DNA from: Octopus sinensis
Taxonomy: Eukaryota
DNA: 64,000 nucleotides
NCBI RefSeq assembly: GCF_006345805.1
Contig: NC_043010.1
Location: forward strand, 19,902,001 to 19,966,000
Direction: 5' to 3'
Position numbers and translations under genes: made by a program. The stretch's first letter is position 1, and every line of letters starts with the position of its first letter. Under the pieces are notes generated by a model. That model ran no database searches, had not been told where the DNA came from, and was given only the letters and a program-made list of their open reading frames with translations. Positions 62,239 to 64,000 of this stretch are shown piece after piece.

Positions 62239-64000
62239 TAATTCTTTTTTATTGGCCACAAGGGCTGACACACATGATTGGTAAACATAAAGGGACAAAA
62301 CAGGACGAAAGGTTACAAAGGTTTTTTTTCGCTTTTGAGAAAATCCGAGTAAAAACAGTTCAACAACGAAAAACTCTCAATAGGGGGAGGCGCTTCGAAA
62401 GGTTCCTGGTGGAAAAAACCCCATAAAAGCCAACGGGAACCTGGTCAAAAAGGGGGGTAGAGAGTCCCTTTTCTCCTTTTATATTAATTTTTTGAATCAC
62501 AGGCGAAACCTGAGAACCGGTCCATTTATACTGGCCATTCTCGCACAATTCACCCACCTTTCATAAAACTTGCTATCAGACAGCACTCTCCTCTCTAACC
62601 TCATCTTCCTTTTCAAGTGAAACTTGAAAAAGTTGATGAGGCCTTGACCAAAGAGGAAAGTGTCTGACTTTAGCCCTTTCAAACGGGACAAGGGACGACG
62701 GTCAAGCGGTAATAGATGACGGATGCGATGTACGCATTTGCCACCTCCGCTCGACCTTTCAGGGACAGCTTCCTCTTGGCCTATTTCTGGGTGAGACATG
62801 TCACCATGCTCATCACCTCTTCCCAGTTTTTATCCACCTGGAGGTCCGGACCGAACCAGACCCCGAGCAATTTAACGGGTCCGTCTGTCCAGTGCCCTAC
62901 GACGCTGTTGGACGGCATGGGCTTGCCTCTCCAGGTGCCCAGTTGCAAGCCCACAGACTTTTCCGCGTTAATCTTTGCCCCTGTCACCGCTTCGTACTCG
63001 TTTAGTGTCTCGCCAAGCAGGCCAATGTGCCTGTGGCTCGACACCACCACGGTGACGTCGTCGGCATAGGCAGACACGCTGTTTCCGCCTTCTAGATCGT
63101 GCGGGATACCACTCAAAGCCTCCAACTTGCGCAGTAATGGCTCGAGAGTCAAAATGTACAAGAGGGAGGAGAGAGGGCATCCTTGGCGGACCGAACGCGA
63201 GATGTCGAACGGTTCCGAAAGGTGACCGTTCACCCGTATCACCGAGCAGGCTTTACTCTGATCCAAGTTGATCAAAGCCCCACCCGCGCCAGCGTCGTTA
63301 CCCACCCTCTCTATGATGTAGCGCATGAGATGGAGGTTGTCGTGTATCGACCTGGTCGGCACGGCGCATGTGTGCGTTTTGCCAACCAGCTTGTCCACGG
63401 CAAGCGCCAATTTCTTGGCCAAAATCTTCAACTCTCCATTGAGCAGAGTTATGGGCCGAAAATTCCCTATAACGTCCCCCTTGCTTGGGTCCTTTTTTAG
63501 CAAAGCCACCACCCCTCAACAGACAAAAGCAAGAATTCTCCCGTTTTGCTGCCAGTTGCAAACAGGCCCGCAAACAAGTCTGGCATTGAAAAGTAAAGCT
63601 CGTAGGGCAGACCATCAAAACCCGGCGATCTACCTCTCGTGCAACTCTTCAACACCGCAGTACCACCACCGCCTGCTCCCGGCCGACACGGAGATAGAAA
63701 TATCTTGCATCCACCAAAAAGGGCTGCGAGTTCCTGCAGGTCGGAGAGCCTGGTTTCACTGATGGCTGCTACATCCACATCATGAAACCTCAGGTCGTTT
63801 AACAGGTGACCCTGTTTCCAAGGTGACCGGAGGCCTCTCACATTCAAGCAACCGATTCTAAATTTTGCCATGTATCAAAGGTGGGGAACAAAAAAAGAAA
63901 AAAAAGAGCAAAAGGCTCTACTTACTGTTGTTGGTGGCAGGGGTGGCTCCCTTGTACTTTTGCATGGGTGCTTCGATTATATTTTAAATAGTTTCTTTGA
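62239..64000 (-). mobile_element. Tx1-like unit 5, multiply deleted, running off the window
   Basis: ORF1 tail 64000-63918; ORF2 63871-62497 with internal deletions at about 63650, 63248 and 62685; more diverged 3' UTR; (ATT)15 tail. Confidence 0.9.

Noticed and set aside
45953-63762. Plus-strand and alternate-frame ORFs within the array (Val/Cys/Gly-rich)
   Set aside because: Antisense shadows of GC-rich or repeat-rich ORF1 and ORF2, with no domains or independent signals.

Overview
AT-rich, repeat-dense animal genomic DNA. The SINE, RTE and (TA)n content points to an octopus or other cephalopod (inference). Two host genes lie head-to-head and can be fully reconstructed from splice sites: RPL26 (minus strand, 143 aa) and POMK/SGK196 (plus strand, 343 aa). 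Four phase-compatible orphan exons of an unrecognised plus-strand gene lie at 11.3-15.1 kb. The main feature is 45.5-64 kb, an uninterrupted head-to-tail array of at least five Tx1-like (L1 clade, APE-RT) retrotransposons. All are on the minus strand, and each is joined to the next by (ATT)n and the same 5' terminus. They represent two subfamilies, and no copy is fully intact. Their 3' terminus (a GCC-CUUGU-GGC stem-loop) is shared with a SINE family elsewhere in the window, and their 5' UTR has a hairpin with compensatory changes. The 6.6-10.3 kb region holds Penelope-type elements with minimal type I hammerhead ribozymes. Also present are two DD37D mariner relics, Merlin-type foldback MITEs with a Merlin transposase relic, TTAA MITEs, two Gypsy relics and many SINE/RTE copies. 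All calls come from reading the sequence by eye; no database searches were run.
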